A stretch of 63,630 bases of DNA, the filler included, from Octopus bimaculoides (taxonomy: Eukaryota), in NCBI RefSeq assembly GCF_001194135.2. It is 5 parts of 3 records of this genome, joined end to end, with 100 filler letters (N's around TTAATTAATTAA, not from the genome) between each part and the next. Parts side by side here need not be neighbours in the genome. Positions count along the whole stretch, not along the records: positions 16,551 to 42,735 come from NC_068981.1; 4 more parts are not named here. The stretch is one strand, 5' to 3'. A program made the position numbers and the translations under genes. The first letter of the stretch is position 1. Each line of letters starts with the position of its first letter. The notes beneath the pieces were generated by a model. That model was not told the origin of the DNA and made no database searches. It saw nothing but the letters and a program-made list of their open reading frames with translations. Of this stretch, positions 27,824 to 41,952 are shown in pieces.

Positions 27824-28601
27824 NNNNNNNNNNNNNNNNNNNNNNNNNNNNNNNNNNNNNNNNNNNNNNNNNNNNNNNNNNNNNNNNNNNNNNNNNNNNN
27901 NNNNNNNNNNNNNNNNNNNNNNNNNNNNNNNNNNNNNNNNNNNNNNNNNNNNNNNNNNNNNNNNNNNNNNNNNNNNNNNNNNNNNNNNNNNNNNNNNNNN
28001 NNNNNNNNNNNNNNNNNNNNNNNNNNNNNNNNNNNNNNNNNNNNNNNNNNNNNNNNNNNNNNNNNNNNNNNNNNNNNNNNNNNNNNNNNNNNNNNNNNNN
28101 NNNNNNNNNNNNNNNNNNNNNNNNNNNNNNNNNNNNNNNNNNNNNNNNNNNNNNNNNNNNNNNNNNNNNNNNNNNNNNNNNNNNNNNNNNNNNNNNNNNN
28201 NNNNNNNNNNNNNNNNNNNNNNNNNNNNNNNNNNNATATATATATATATATATATATATAAATACTGGTTTGTCTGTGTGTATTTGCATTGTCAAACTAG
28301 TGAGGACATATGACTGATCAACGTGACACAATGAGTTCCTTATCGAATATTGCCACTAAACTATATCGAAGGAAGTTCAAAATTGTTTAGTTGATAATAT
28401 TCTACGCGAGACTGATAGCAACACAGTGATGAGTTATATACAATGATTAGCAATATATTGTTTAATGATATAAAAACGAAACTGTTGTATTTCATATATT
28501 GACAAACAACACATGCACCCAAATACACACACACAAACACACTACACGTGCACAGAAACGCGCACACGGAAACACGCACACACAAATACACACACACACA
28601 T

Positions 28602-28653
<52 letters not shown>

Positions 28654-28669
28654 ATTGCAACTATTTGTC

Positions 28670-28960
28670 AGAAGAGAGCCATGTCCTCAATGTACATTGC
28701 ACAAACAAGTACATGCAGGTGGCTTTGAAGCCTAGTTCTCATTCTGCGGCAAATTTCACAGATGTGACACTTATTTCTCTGTTCAGTACAAACCCACCGT
28801 AGTTCGCGTGACGGTGCAACCATCTCGCAAAGAGCTGGATTTACCTCTGCCCCATGTGACTTTCGTTGGCTGACAAACCCAGCCCTTGAGACAAGAACAT
28901 GTACACATACATTGCACTGCAATTGCCGCTGGATATATGCACTCCATTTGGCTTCTGCTT
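28670..28960 (-). mobile_element. Degenerate tandem C2H2 fingers, probably a LINE ORF C-terminus
   Basis: QCNVCVHVLVSRAGFVSQRKSH and CEICRRMRTRLQSHL. SRAG-type fingers are typical of LINE ends. A relic host C2H2 gene is not excluded. Confidence 0.45.
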
Positions 28961-29112
28961 ATAATTATTAACGAGGAGACTAGAGTGAGCAAATCGTTTT
29001 ATTATATAAATTTATAATTCTTTTACCGGCTTTCGAACTAAAGTGTGTTCCTATATTAAAACCTGAATGAAACTAGTATTATGCGTGTGTGTGAGTGTGT
29101 GTGTGAGTGTTT

Positions 29113-29166
<54 letters not shown>

Positions 29167-30090
29167 NNNNNNNNNNNNNNNNNNNNNNNNNNNNNNNNNN
29201 NNNNNNNNNNNNNNNNNNNNNNNNNNNNNNNNNNNNNNNNNNNNNNNNNNNNNNNNNNNNNNNNNNNNNNNNNNNNNNNNNNNNNNNNNNNNNNNNNNNN
29301 NNNNNNNNNNNNNNNNNNNNNNNNNNNNNNNNNNNNNNNNNNNNNNNNNNNNNNNNNNNNNNNNNNNNNNNNNNNNNNNNNNNNNNNNNNNNNNNNNNNN
29401 NNNNNNNNNNNNNNNNNNNNNNNNNNNNNNNNNNNNNNNNNNNNNNNNNNNNNNNNNNNNNNNNNNNNNNNNNNNNNNNNNNNNNNNNNNNNNNNNNNNN
29501 NNNNNNNNNNNNNNNNNNNNNNNNNNNNNNNNNNNNNNNNNNNNNNNNNNNNNNNNNNNNNNNNNNNNNNNNNNNNNNNNNNNNNNNNNNNNNNNNNNNN
29601 NNNNNNNNNNNNNNNNNNNNNNNNNNNNNNNNNNNNNNNNNNNNNNNNNNNNNNNNNNNNNNNNNNNNNNNNNNNNNNNNNNNNNNNNNNNNNNNNNNNN
29701 NNNNNNNNNNNNNNNNNNNNNNNNNNNNNNNNNNNNNNNNNNNNNNNNNNNNNNNNNNNNNNNNNNNNNNNNNNNNNNNNNNNNNNNNNNNNNNNNNNNN
29801 NNNNNNNNNNNNNNNNNNNNNNNNNNNNNNNNNNNNNNNNNNNNNNNNNNNNNNNNNNNNNNNNNNNNNNNNNNNNNNNNNNNNNNNNNNNNNATATATA
29901 TATATATATTATACACACATACACATATATATGTTTGTACATGTATGTCTGTGTGTAATCAAGCACGTCAGGAAGGTATCCATTTCACTCGGAAAATGAA
30001 TATTAATAAGCTAGAATATGCACACAGCTACAAACAAACCCCTTCGAATATATATAATATATACTTATGTATGCAGACACATAATACAAG

Positions 30091-30128
<38 letters not shown>

Positions 30129-31267
30129 GTATATATATATGCATATAAATACATATACATGTATGAGTGTCTGTGCGCATGTGTGCAGGTGTGCGTGATC
30201 ATACGTGACGTGTATATGTGTATGTATTAATTTTTGTGCAAGATTGTATCTGTATGTGTGCGGGTGCGGGTGCGCGCGTGCGCGCGTGTGTGTGTACGTG
30301 TGTGTTATGAATGACATGAATACAATCTACCCCGAGTTCAATGAGTGCTTTCTCACTTGTTCCATCTCTGACACAGTAGACTTTCCTATCCCCTTCCTTT
30401 TCTCAGTCTCTCCCTTTCTCTCTGTTTCACTCTCTCTTCCTCCACGCCACCTATAAACCCACTCCACCCTTTAATCTCCCCGGACACCCGCCCCCTTCGC
30501 CTCCTTTTCCTTATTCTTCTCTCAGGTATGTTTACCTGTCGAGAATGTCCTTAGACGTGTTTTCTTGAGTTATCGCTCAGGTGACTTCTGTGACCTAACC
30601 AATGGAAGTTTCATTATTGCGTCTGCTTCTATTTAAACGACGGACACATTGATGGCATCAGGTAGTTGACAACACCAGAAAGCAAGTGGAAAAAAAAACA
30701 ATAACAAAAACAAAACAAATAATAATAGTATAATAGATGAAGTAAATAAATAAAAGAAAGAAAATAATGAAAAAAAAACACTACATTCACTACACCTATC
30801 ACTGCCGCTGCCACCACAATAGACCAGTTCCTCCATCGACAATACCACCATCAACACCACTGCAACAAACAAAAACAACAGCGCCATGTCCATCACAAAC
30901 CACGGAAACAGCAACAACAGTAACGGTAACATTGCAAACACCAGCTAGCGATGTAGCTATACATATATGGGTGTATGTATGTGTGTGTAGGGGTGTACGC
31001 GCGCGTGTGTACATATGTGTGTATATATATATGTGTATATATACATATATACATATATACGTATGTGTGTATGTATATATACATATATACATATCTATAT
31101 ACGTACAAATGTATAGGTGTATATATATATGTGTGTGTATATATATATACAAACATATATCAATATCTATCTATCTATCTATCTATATATGTATATACCT
31201 ACATATATAGGTATATATATATTATGTATATACATATATACACACATAAATAAATATATATATGTAC

Positions 31268-31350
<83 letters not shown>

Positions 31351-31475
31351 NNNNNNNNNNNNNNNNNNNNNNNNNNNNNATACATATGCATGTATGTATA
31401 CATACATACATACGTACATATGTACATACATACATACATACATACATACATACATGCATACATACATACATAGAA

Positions 31476-31508
<33 letters not shown>

Positions 31509-32570
31509 CATACATACATACATACATACATACACATTCATATATATACATGTTGAGAAAAGATGCACAATACAATCAGCCATTTTCTTCTAGTCACAAC
31601 AGTTCAGTCAAGCCAAGAAAATAAAACAACCATTGACAGACACTCTCGACCAGGCTGAATTTTAGCAACAGACTGATGTCATTCCGTGCAACACACGAGA
31701 TTTACATTATTTGGTTTTCCAAAAAGTTACTCCTTTCTCTTTTTTTTATTCTGTCATACATACATGCATACTTACATACATAACATAACATACATACATA
31801 CATACATATAATATGTGTGTGTGTGTATATATATATATGTATATATATATATGTATATATACAAGTACCCATCAATCCATACATACAAACACACATGAAT
31901 ACACACATACATACATACATACATACATACATACATACATACATACATACATACATACATACACTGGTAGCTCTCTTAACTCAAAAAGTCATGTCGTTTT
32001 GTTAGTGACCGGCTTGAACTGTCTTACGACAAACTTAAATTAGACTCAAAAGAAAAAGAAAACACGTACATATATATATTTCCTTTCCTTCATTGCTGAC
32101 CTTATTATATGTTCGTAGATTGGATCGAATCAAAATATTTCTTTCTTTAACCAGTAACAAATTTATATACATATATACGTACATACATATACATTTCTGG
32201 ATATATATATATATACATACACACACACACACACACATATATATATATGCACACACACACATATATAAATATACATGTGAATTTCCAATTATATATATGT
32301 GTGTGTGTATGTATGCTTGTATGTATATGTATATGTAATTGTATAACATGATTAAAAATTTAAATTGCATGAGGTATGAACAGTATTTAGAATTCCAAGT
32401 GCATTCTTATAAATTTAAAGAGAAAATTGCGAAGACATCAGGCAATTCAATTTTCCTTTCAATGTTCTCCATACTTAAGGTCACGAAGTACACACAGAAT
32501 AATAAAAGAAACCTGCCGAACTAGGTATGTTTTCTAGGTTTTCATATTATCAGAAGCTCATGTTGATTGA

Positions 32571-32620
32571 ATCTCTGACGAAGTGAAGACCTAAAATCTT
32601 CACTGAAACACGTGTAAGAT
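32571..32620 (+). ncRNA. Minimal type I hammerhead ribozyme (Penelope/retrozyme type)
   Basis: atct-CTGACGA-agtgaaga(cctaaaa)tcttcact-GAAAC-acgt-GTA-agat. Core intact, 8-bp stem II, 4-bp stem I, short palindromic stem III (acacgtgt), GUA cleavage triplet. Confidence 0.75.
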
Positions 32621-33004
32621 GACAGAGTTTGTCTCTATTCAAACCCTTTTTATCTCCTAAACTGATTCGTCTTCTTTAATACGTAATACAGGAGAACAGT
32701 GTCCTGTTATAAACAGTAAAATCCCTTGAAATATAAAATGACAAAGTAGATTGTAAGCTTGCGATTTTCTTCTTGTATTCCTCAAGTTCTTTATCTGTTT
32801 ATCAAACGAGGAGCAATATCCACTTTCCTATAATAACACATCTTATTGCTAAAAACACTGACCTCTCATATCTAGTGCCTGCTTGACCTGGAAACTAGAT
32901 CTGTATATTTATTCTTTTCCTGAAAACTCACTCATATTAAAGCAGACCTGAGGCATATTTGTGAAAGATTTATAGAGATTAAAACCTCCTTTTTTCATGA
33001 ATGA

Positions 33005-33315
33005 TCATGGGATTACACCTAGAAAGTTCCCTTCCGAGGCACAAGTTCGAGCAGTGTTGTTTATAGAAGACCAGCAGTTGCCCATGCATACCAGCCTTCC
33101 CTCTCCCTCACTGATGTTATCCAAGAGAAAGGCAAAGGCCGATACAGCTTGGCACCAGTGACGTCGCAACTCATTTCTACAGCTAAATGAACTAAAGCAA
33201 AGTGAAATAAAATATCTTGCTCAAGAACACAACGCACAGCCCGGTTTGGGAATCGAATTCACTACCTCCTGATTATGAGCCCGGCTCTCTAACCACTGAG
33301 CCATGCGCCTTCACA
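33005..33315 (-). mobile_element. tRNA-headed SINE family D
   Basis: Minus strand ggcgcatggctcagtggttagag..attcgattccc..gtgttcttgagcaaga. Confidence 0.75.
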
Positions 33316-33782
33316 GAGAAAGATTTATATACAACCGATAGTAAAAGATGTTAAGTTAAGCGCTTATGATCATTGATCCATTGTCTGCCACTCTTTCTAT
33401 CCGGCGGGTAAAAGTGACATTTTTTTTTATACAAAGCCTATATACTTGCTATTTTATACTGAATGGCATAAAAGCTGGTAATACTAACGCTTTGATGAAA
33501 AATTTGCATTAGAAAAGGCATATTTAAATCCCGAGACCCACATATTCATTAATAATATAATGGAATGTAATATAAATATGTATGTCTTCTGGAAAGCGTC
33601 AACATTGGTACAATGAAAAAAAAAACAGAGGGAGAGAGTGAGTAAAGGATATAGCGTGGTTCACGATATATATTAACTATGGGAAAATACCTAAAAACTA
33701 ATTACCCTTACTTCAACTAGCATTCATCACGTTGTCGTTGCTTCTCACGTATTCACGTTTTCCTATTTCCATTTCCAGTTCT

Positions 33783-34128
33783 GGATCTATTTTAAAACGG
33801 GGGCCACATTTTTCATTAATGTTTTACGTAGTGTTTTTGGTACGGAAAGACTTTCAAACTTCGTATACTTATCTATTTTGTGTTATAGAACAGAAAAATA
33901 TTTTTGTATTCGAATTTATTTCATGTAAAAAATTGTCTTATTTCGATAATTTCAACCAATCACTGACAAGTATTCAGTTGTTTATATTTACTCCTTTGGC
34001 TGATTAAGCGATGTAAAGCGTATTTAATCTCCATACCTTCGTTTTATTTGCTTTTTTCATTTTAAATTTGCTTTAATCCTAACCCTAACCCTAACCCTAA
34101 CCCTACGGTTAGGGTTAGGGCTAGGGTT
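33783..34128. mobile_element. Second copy of the same MITE, inverted, truncated by a gap
   Basis: Starts ggatctattttaaaacgggggcc and follows the reverse complement of 25800-26039. Contains (CCCTAA)n then (TTAGGG)n. Confidence 0.8.
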
Positions 34129-34575
34129 NNNNNNNNNNNNNNNNNNNNNNNNNNNNNNNNNNNNNNNNNNNNNNNNNNNNNNNNNNNNNNNNNNNNNNNN
34201 NNNNNNNNNNNNNNNNNNNNNNNNNNNNNNNNNNNNNNNNNNNNNNNNNNNNNNNNNNNNNNNNNNNNNNNNNNNNNNNNNNNNNNNNNNNNNNNNNNNN
34301 NNNNNNNNNNNNNNNNNNNNNNNNNNNNNNNNNNNNNNNNNNNNNNNNNNNNNNNNNNNNNNNNNNNNNNNNNNNNNNNNNNNNNNNNNNNNNNNNNNNN
34401 NNNNNNNNNNNNNNNNNNNNNNNNNNNNNNNNNNNNNNNNNNNNNNNNNNNNNNNNNNNNNNNNNNNNNNNNNNNNNNNNNNNNNNNNNNNNNNNNNNNN
34501 NNNNNNNNNNNNNNNNNNNNNATGACTCTTCTTCTCAGTACCTGCCGCCGTTATCATTACACGCACGCACACACA

Positions 34576-34649
<74 letters not shown>

Positions 34650-34912
34650 CACCACACAAATACACACACAAATATACACACATACATATGTATGTATACT
34701 TTAGTACTTTGGGGTTAACAAGGTTACCATTGATTTCATGCCTAGAGATTTCTCAATCTTGGAGACGAGTACCAACTTTCCATGTGACTGGATTGAGAAT
34801 TGTTGACAGATTTCTCTCGCTATGAAAATGATGGTAGCTTTGATACCGCACATAATGAATATCTATCCACCAATGCAATGTGGAGCACTCATTCTCACTG
34901 TTCGATATTAAC

Positions 34913-34946
<34 letters not shown>

Positions 34947-35123
34947 NNNNNNNNNNNNNNNNNNNNNNNNNNNNNNNNNNNNNNNNNNNNNNNNNNNNNN
35001 NNNNNNNNNNNNNNNNNNNNNNNNNNNNNNNNNNNNNNNNNNNNNNNNNNNNNNNNNNNNNNNNNNNNNNNNNNNNNNNNNNNNNNNNNNNNNNNNNNNN
35101 NNNNNNNNNNNNNNNNNNNNNNN

Positions 35124-35288
35124 TGTAGGCCCAAAATTCCGAGTTCTTTTACAGGGCTTACAAAAACTGAAGGACCGTTACAATAAGTGTGTGAATCTAA
35201 GAGTGGAATATGTTGAATAAAGTCATAATTATCTGATCATCGTGTATTTTCTTTTACCCATACCCAAGACCTTTTCAGCACCCGATAT
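35124..35288 (+). mobile_element. Mariner 3' end fragment
   Basis: DRYNKCVNLRVEYVE* C-terminal motif followed by TIR-like ccttttcagcacccgata. Confidence 0.65.
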
Positions 35289-35289
35289 A

Positions 35290-35327
<38 letters not shown>

Positions 35328-35329
<2 letters not shown>

Positions 35330-35774
35330 GTGCAGACAATCAAAGAGACCTTGTGCAATAGAAACCCGAGTGTCTTTTTGGCCACCTGAAAGAAGTTTTG
35401 ACTGCTATGTTTTGACTGGTTGCGGGTCTCCCAGAACGTTCGTCAATATCGACGTTTTTCCGACTATCTTGGAAACGTCTGAACCACTCGTATACTTGTG
35501 TGCGGCTCATAAACCCCTCTCCATACACTGTCTGAAACTTTGCGCAGGTCTCTGAGTAGGTATCGCCATGACAACTTTCTCTGTCATGGTCATGTTACGA
35601 TCATACGCTACACACCTTCCTTCCAAGCACTGCTGTAAACAGCGAAAGTGAGTTAGATCGTTAAGACTTAGTGCACATGCACAGCAGAGTTCAAGGTCAA
35701 TCTTTGCAAAGCGGCTTCACTCTGCGTGCTTTAGCTTCGTCACTATAGTCCGGATACTTATTGATCAAACCTCG
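35328..35774 (-). mobile_element. Mariner 5' half
   Basis: TIR tacgaggtttgatcaataagtatcc. MYGEGFMSRTQVYEWFRRFQDSRKNVDIDERSGRP HTH region. Confidence 0.8.
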
Positions 35775-35821
35775 TATAAGTCTATATATGTATGTATGTA
35801 TGTTTGTATGTATGTATGTAT

Positions 35822-35852
<31 letters not shown>

Positions 35853-36519
35853 TATATATATATACAGATATAGGGCAGGGAATTGCCAATTAGTAATAAA
35901 ATTAAGCCCTATATATTTATGATTATATATATACATATATATATATAGTGTTTAGGCTCAGTTTGAAAGCTAAGTAGCCCTCACTCCTAATGTTTATACT
36001 GCGCGCTCTCACGCCAACCAAGGGTGTTTTCTACGTCCCTACAATCAGATGGATTGTCATCACTATGCTAGTTAACCTATCACTGGGACAGGTGCTACTA
36101 CTCCGGCTTAGATTAGACCTGGGGACAATATTAGCAAAGAGGTGGTCCCACACGCTTCAAAACCCTAGAACTCTTGAACCAATTCCCCATTACTGGATGC
36201 AGATAAAAATCATAGCTAGGATGGACGGACACCCCCCCCCCACACACACACATACGCACACACACACACACATTTATTTACGCACACATACATATGTTTC
36301 CATTTTTGCTTGAATGTCATGCCGTTTGACTAAATTCATAAAGTATTAATGGCAATCATCCATATACTGCTTGGTTTACATCTCAGCATCAAACTTTGTT
36401 CTGTCCACAATCCACATATTAACTGACACTTACCCATCCCATTTCTAAATATACTTTTATGTATGTATAAGCTGCTGTATAACTAACGATTGCTTCGCTT
36501 ACTGGTATTGTTGGGTTAT

Positions 36520-37530
36520 AGTTATCATATAAGTTTCAAATTTTGGCACAAAGCAAGCAATTTCCGGGAAGGGGTAAGTCGATTACATCGACCCCAGTGC
36601 TTAAGTGGAACTTATTTTACTGACCCCGAGAGAATGAAAAACAAAGTCGACTGCGGCGGAATTTGAACTCAAAACGTAAAGACGGTCGAAATGCTGTTAA
36701 GCATTTTGGCGGGTGTGCTTATGAATCGGCTAGCTCACCGCCTCATCTATAGTTAACACATTGACCGATAGTAACGAGAGCACATTTCGATTTATTCTTC
36801 TTTCAAATTTCAATGCAGGATTCCTCTATAATATCCATTCTACTAAAGGTACAAGGTCTGAAATTTGGTGTGGGTGGGGGGACTAGTCAATTGCATCAAC
36901 CCCAGTGTTTCACTGGTACTTAATTTATCAACCCCGAAAGGATGAAAGACAAAGTAGACCTCGGCGGAATTTGAACTCAGAATGTAGTGATAGGCGAAAT
37001 ACCGCTAAGCATTTCGTTCAGCATTTTAACGATTCTGCCAGCTCACCGATTGATTCCTCTACAATATCTCCAGGAGTTGTCAACAATTTAAATTCTTTTA
37101 TCCTTTGACTTGTTTCAGCTATTTGACTTTGGCCGTAATGGCGCGACTCCATCAGAAACGTAGCATTTCTTCCGGCTCTTTACGTCCTGATTTCAAATTT
37201 CACTAAGACCAACTTTACCTTTAATTTCCCCGGTACCGATAAAATGAAATACAAGGTCAAATGAAGAGGTCGAGGGTATCGACTCAACCCTGCCTTCAAA
37301 ATTACTGGCCTTGTGGCAAAATCAGAAATACTTATTATTAGTGGAGGAGTAGCAGAATCTTCAGAGGGTTGAACAAAATGCCTTGCAGGATTTAGTTGAG
37401 TTATTCTATGTTCTTAGTTCAAATCCCGCCGAGGTTAACTTTGCTTTCCATCCCCCCGGAGTATATAAAATAAAATGTCTGTCAATTACTGTAGTCTCGC
37501 AAAATTTTGGTTTTGCGTTTGTTAGAAACC
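36520..37530. mobile_element. SINE family B cluster (two minus, two plus copies)
   Basis: Same motifs in both orientations. More copies lie at ~497, 2170, 6630-7190, 15480-15830, 38640-39830, 51695, 55588, 62875 and 63180. Confidence 0.8.
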
Positions 37531-37945
37531 ATTATTTTTCTTTCTTTTTTTTTTATCAGATTACTTAACATGTCATAATAAAATGCAAATTTATTCCTAC
37601 TAATTCCATCCACCCACACTACTTAATTTACCTTTCACAATGATTCCATATAGAATATAAATAATGAATAATCTCAATGAAGTTCAAAATTTAATTACAG
37701 AAAAAGGATCGAAACGAAACTGCAAAAACAAAACACGTTGATGCTGATTTTGGTGGTTATATTACCTTTCTTAGCCATTATTTACATTGTATCTATGGTA
37801 ACTTTAATCTTAAAATACTATATAGCAGCAGGCAGGATGCGACATCAGCTCATGATGTGTGTATATAATGAGAAAACAAGGTAAAAATCATTGAATGATT
37901 TTTACCTTGTTTTCTCATTATATACACACACACAATCTCTCTCTT

Positions 37946-38036
<91 letters not shown>

Positions 38037-41000
38037 TTATCTCTATCTTTATCTCTCTCTCCCTCTCTCTTTCTCCTACATTCCCTAGATGTATGCATGT
38101 ACGCACACACAGACACACATTATGCTCTTACTCTCTCAACACCTCATGTTCATTCTTCTTTTGACGTTTTCCCTTCAACTGATTTACATATCCTTACGCA
38201 TTTTCTTTATTATTATTATCATTATTGTTATTATTATTATTTACAATGTACTGAATGATACCGCCATGGTAACAAGAGAATCGCTAATAACGGTCCTTGA
38301 TGAATTGTATTTAATTCGCTAGTTAACGCGATCAATCATAAATTGCACCCCTCCGAACTGCCCACCCACTGTGACCCATGTCAACCAGATCACAGGTCAT
38401 GCAGTACACATATTACCTGTGTTACTTTCTCGAACATCGGCTGTACTGACCGTCCTTGTTTTGGATTGTTGTATCTGAAGGTACGGGGTGACTGCTGAAA
38501 GCCGGTGTCCGTCGAAACAGACTAAACAAGGCCACTTATACAGATGGTTGGGTAAGAATATTTAATTAATTTATTTATTTATCATGATTATGTATAACGT
38601 TCTCTATGTAAGCACAGAATCTTATAGCCAATAAAGAAATCATCATTATCCATATTTAATTAATTGTTAGAGCATCGGAAAAGATACCTAACAATATCTG
38701 TTCCAGCTTTATGCATTTTGATTCAAATCACGAGGAAGTTAACTACGCCTTTCATTGCTTCCCGGGTCGATAAAATTTTCTACCAGTCAAGTTCAGTGTC
38801 GATGGAAACGACTATTCCTCTCCTGTAAACTTGGCCTTGTGTCAAACATTGAAGCAATTATCATAATTATTGTAGAGGATGTTGGCTGTCACAAGAAAAA
38901 AATCAAGTGTTTAAAATGCTTCACTGCCTTGTTGTACGCCATTACATGTCTTTAAGGTCTGAGTTCAGATCACGCCATGGACATCTTTGCTTTTCATCCA
39001 TGTGAGTGGTGTGGCTGCCGGTGAAATCAGTAATAGTCAAGTTCTAGGTTTGAAATAGTCGGATGTTTTCTCCTGGTTTGTTGCCTATACATAAAAAGAA
39101 ATTCAATATTATTATTGCAAAATGGAATCGTTTGTCTCACCGATCATGAATCATGTAAAGTGGTCACACATTCTTTTTCGTGGTGATAGATTACTAAATT
39201 TCGGAAATCAGTAAAAGCGATAGATAAAACCACTTGCAGTGTTTAGATTTCAAATCCCTTGGAGGTAGACTTTCCATTCCTTCGGACCATTAAAATAATT
39301 ACGAAAAAATCATTAAAGTTGATTTAATCAATTCTATCGATTATGCACTAAAACATATGTCTATGTTAAGAAAAAACAAACATATTGATATTAGATGAGT
39401 AGATTGAGGTTGATGATAGAATCGGTAGGCAGCTGGATAAAACGCATATAATTCCTTGTAAAATATATCTTTTAATTTATAACCTTTCTTTAGTTCACAT
39501 CTCCCCAAGGGCAACTTTACAATTAATTTAAATAAGGAGCCATGATATACGATATAATCAACAGCTCACAAATTTTCATAACTAATGAAAAATTAATTGA
39601 GATGTCCATTACAGTTTTTAGTATAGATTTTCAGCTTTACTAAACAGCATCAGCCAATATTAAACAGAGAAAGTAAATTAATAATTCTTTCAAATTATAG
39701 TACAAGACCAGCAATTGTGAGGGAGGGGGCAATCGATTGCATTGACTCAACTGGAACTTATTTTATCGATCCCGGAAGATTAAAGGTAAGTCAAGCCCGG
39801 CTAAGTAGTTTGTCCAGTTCGGTAACGATTCTGTCAGTTAATGTGCTTACAGCAAATTATAGATAATGAAGTCAATTTAAGAAGGGATTTGGAACTGTGA
39901 TTTTTCTCTAACTCTTGTTATAGAGTAGTTAATTGAATTAGCAAGAAATTATCGAAATTTTGTAAAATTATATACATTATCGCTGATGAAGCTTGTAACT
40001 TTTTCTAAAATATGAATTAGATGATTGTTCACCAAAAAGTTTGAAGAATTAGAACCAAGAATAACAGAAAATATTTATGCGATACGATGCCCCTTAAATG
40101 ATGCGAAATTTGACGCGGGAGTATTTAAAGAAAAATTGGATTTCATTTCATTCTGAAGGAACAAAACAAAAATCTTGTACGAAAATCTTCAATATATTTT
40201 AAATTAACTCGGGATATTCTGGACGTTATAATTCAATATTATTTGAGTTATTGGTTGAAAACTTATTTGAATCATGCTATTAAGGGATTTCATGAAATAG
40301 GTCACTTTAATATTTCTATGAACAAAATTTATGCAGTTTTTCAACAGTCAACAGCAGCTTTATAAAATTACTGCAGAATTAACTATCCATAGAAAAATTC
40401 GATGTAGGTCATGTTTTTTGGTCTACAATGGGCTTCCTGTTTTTATACTTTTCTCCAAGGAGAGACACGACAGCAAGCATCAGCATTTTTAACGAATAAT
40501 CATTACTATCACGTACACTACAAAGAAGACGAATCAAAGTATACAATATCATATAACCATTACGGCCGAGCTTACCGAGCTGGGTATTAGAAACAGTTGT
40601 TAGATTAAGTAATACCGCGTGCTCTATATGTGTGCGTCTATGAATATTTTCCCACCTCCATCACTAATCACTTGACAACCGGTGTTGCCTCGTAATTTGC
40701 GGTTCGACAAAGGAACCGGTAGAATAAATAACAAAATTAAAGGCAAAATAATAAGTACTAGGTTTGATTTATTCAACAAAACGCTTTACAATATATAATA
40801 CCCAGAAATGGCTACAGTCCAATGACTGACACGAGTAAAAGATAAAAGGTATATAAAAAATTGATATTAAACTACAATATTTTCCTGTTATGGGAATAAA
40901 GAAATAATAATTAAAGTATAATAATTATGACACAACTACAGTAGATTCAGCAGGAGCCTCTTCAGGGTGGAGTGAGGTGATTAAATTATTTCCATTGTGA

Positions 41001-41399
41001 ATACGTACCATTAAGTTTCAGGAATCCGCTATCATATGTAATATTATGGATGATAGATAGATAAAACATCGATCCATTTTTTCTCATACCAGAATCAGTG
41101 CATGTCAAATAACACATTACAGAAAGATCTAAGAAACCATTTTGAAATTGTCACTATGATAAGTAACAACAAAACGGTATGTAAAAATGTCGAAATTTCG
41201 TACAAAAACAATTTATAAGACTAGAAACGCTGAAATATATATGTTCTTAATAATCCATTATTAGTAAAGCTAAATTTAGTTAAAAATTAAGAATCGTTAT
41301 CGATAGTTTACTACCAAATTCTGAGTTTTATAAACAAAATATATGAATCAAATTACGTAATCTCCGATCATACATAGGAATGCGTATATGCACATAAAT

Positions 41400-41442
<43 letters not shown>

Positions 41443-41557
41443 GTGCACCAGCATGACCGCAGCCACTTGGCTGAAACACATAAATAAATAAATAAATAAA
41501 TAAATAAATACATACATATATATTTATAAGCGTATATATATATATGTGTGTGTGTGT

Positions 41558-41612
<55 letters not shown>

Positions 41613-41911
41613 NNNNNNNNNNNNNNNNNNNNNNNNNNNNNNNNNNNNNNNNNNNNNNNNNNNNNNNNNNNNNNNNNNNNNNNNNNNNNNNNNNNNNNNN
41701 NNNNNNNNNNNNNNNNNNNNNNNNNNNNNNNNNNNNNNNNNNNNNNNNNNNNNNNNNNNNNNNNNNNNNNNNNNNNNNNNNNNNNNNNNNNNNNNNNNNN
41801 NNNNNNNNNNNNNNNNNNNNNNNNNNNNNNNNNNNNNNNNNNNNNNNNNNNNNNNNNNNNNNNNNNNNNNNNNNNNNNNNNNNNNNNNNNNNNNNNNNNN
41901 NNNNNNNNNNN

Positions 41912-41952
<41 letters not shown>

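Noticed and set aside
34078-34128. Chromosome end-to-end fusion scar
   Set aside because: The repeat polarity is wrong and it lies inside a MITE.
39900-40420. AT-rich stretch that may be a decayed transposase
   Set aside because: No diagnostic motif could be read with confidence.
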